From Squalus acanthias (Eukaryota): DNA of 64,000 bases. Position 1 is the stretch's first letter. Each line of letters begins with the position of its first letter. Shown here one piece after another: positions 62,938 to 64,000 of this stretch. The position numbers were made by a program, and so were the translations under genes. Location of the stretch: contig CM059433.1 in the NCBI GenBank assembly GCA_030390025.1, positions 27,282,001-27,346,000 of the forward strand. The letters run 5' to 3'. A model generated the notes under the pieces. The model was not told the DNA's origin. It saw only the letters and a program-made list of their open reading frames with translations, and made no database searches.

Positions 62938-63888
62938 CTAGAAGAAAATAGAAAAGAAAAATGTTATTACACAAAGAAATAATAGCATATTATTCACTAT
63001 GGAGTTAACAATATTATTTTTATGCTACAATTTTTCTGGAAATTTTAAAGAATCTGAATATTAAAAAGGTCTATATTTAACATTGCACCTATCTGTTTGG
63101 TGCTCCCACCTCATGGATAGTTGGGAATTTCTGACTTGCAAGCCACAAACTTCTTGGGTTTTGTTTTTAAGTAAATCACATGCTCGTGCTTCTCACAGAG
63201 TAATAAGCATTTCAGTAATACCAAATATGGAGGCCCACAGATCTAAATCCAGTTTACAAAGAACACAGTTTTCAAACTTTTATAAAATGTTTAATAAATT
63301 AAATGATAAAAGATTCAGTCAGTTTGATTTTTCTTAGCCAATCATGGTAGTGTACCTTAGTAAGGTTCTTCACACAGGCTCCATCTTCCACCTGATGGAT
63401 GAGAAACCTACACCTACCTTACCCTCCTGCCTGATGGAACCAAATAAAGTTCCCATATGACCCACTGTAGAAGACTAGTGAGACCACTCTGGATATAAAG
63501 AACATTTTTCTGATTTGTCACTATAGTCCCTGCACACGTTTACATATAAGCATATGATATCACATAGCTTTGCCATCCACCATTTCAACATGGAGTCTGA
63601 CTGTTGATTTATGCTTGAGACTTTCTTCCAAATAACAATAGCAGCAATTATAGTGCCTGGTAGCCCTTTAATTAATTTATCCTAAACATTTTTGACTTAA
63701 TACAAGAAAAGGTCATAATGATACCATCTTTTCTCATAAAATGTGACTTAATATAGGTCTTTATAATTATGAATTGGAGCACGTTGCAGGACCCGCCACC
63801 AGCTGGTGAAAGAGCGCCCGCCGCCCTCTTAACGCAACCTTTTGCCGAAAACAGGCGGCGTTAAGCCCCCAAATTTTTAGCCCATTGG

Positions 63889-63999
63889 CCCTTAATTTCC
63901 TCAGATTTTCTGCTACTGCACCACTGTAAACAGGGTTTCCGCCGCACTTCCGGTAAAGTCACAGTGGCGTGGCAGCAAAAGATCTGAGGAAATTAAGGG
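63889..63999. mobile_element. About 110-bp hairpin MITE
   Basis: cccttaatttcctcagat...ccactgt / acagtgg...atctgaggaaattaaggg. Confidence 0.65.
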
Positions 64000-64000
64000 T

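Noticed and set aside
62975..64000. COL21A1 signal-peptide exon
   Set aside because: No ATG-initiated hydrophobic exon with a phase-1 donor found; it probably lies beyond the window.
1..64000. CRISPR arrays, rRNA, bona fide tRNA genes, prokaryotic operons
   Set aside because: None seen; the sequence is eukaryotic intron/exon DNA and the tRNA-like boxes belong to SINE heads.

Overview
Vertebrate genomic DNA, most likely a shark or other elasmobranch (inferred from SacSINE1-like DeuSINEs and the CR1, L2 and Penelope families). The whole window lies inside a minus-strand collagen XXI (COL21A1) gene. I can place seven consecutive, phase-compatible coding exons: vWA, four TSPN/LamG exons, a candidate 9-nt microexon, and the Cys-rich exon leading into Gly-X-Y. 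The introns are packed with often nested mobile elements: CR1 and L2 LINEs, a full-length CsRn1-type Gypsy element, a young inverted Penelope-like element carrying minimal hammerhead ribozymes, and many PIF/Harbinger elements and MITEs. The most unusual feature is a 1.07-kb composite hAT transposon (15933-17002, 8-bp TSD) that carries the promoter, exon 1 and start of intron 1 of an unrelated host gene, TPP2, antisense to COL21A1. A near-perfect 600-bp foldback palindrome at 52072-52674 also stands out. All family assignments come from motif recognition, not database searches.
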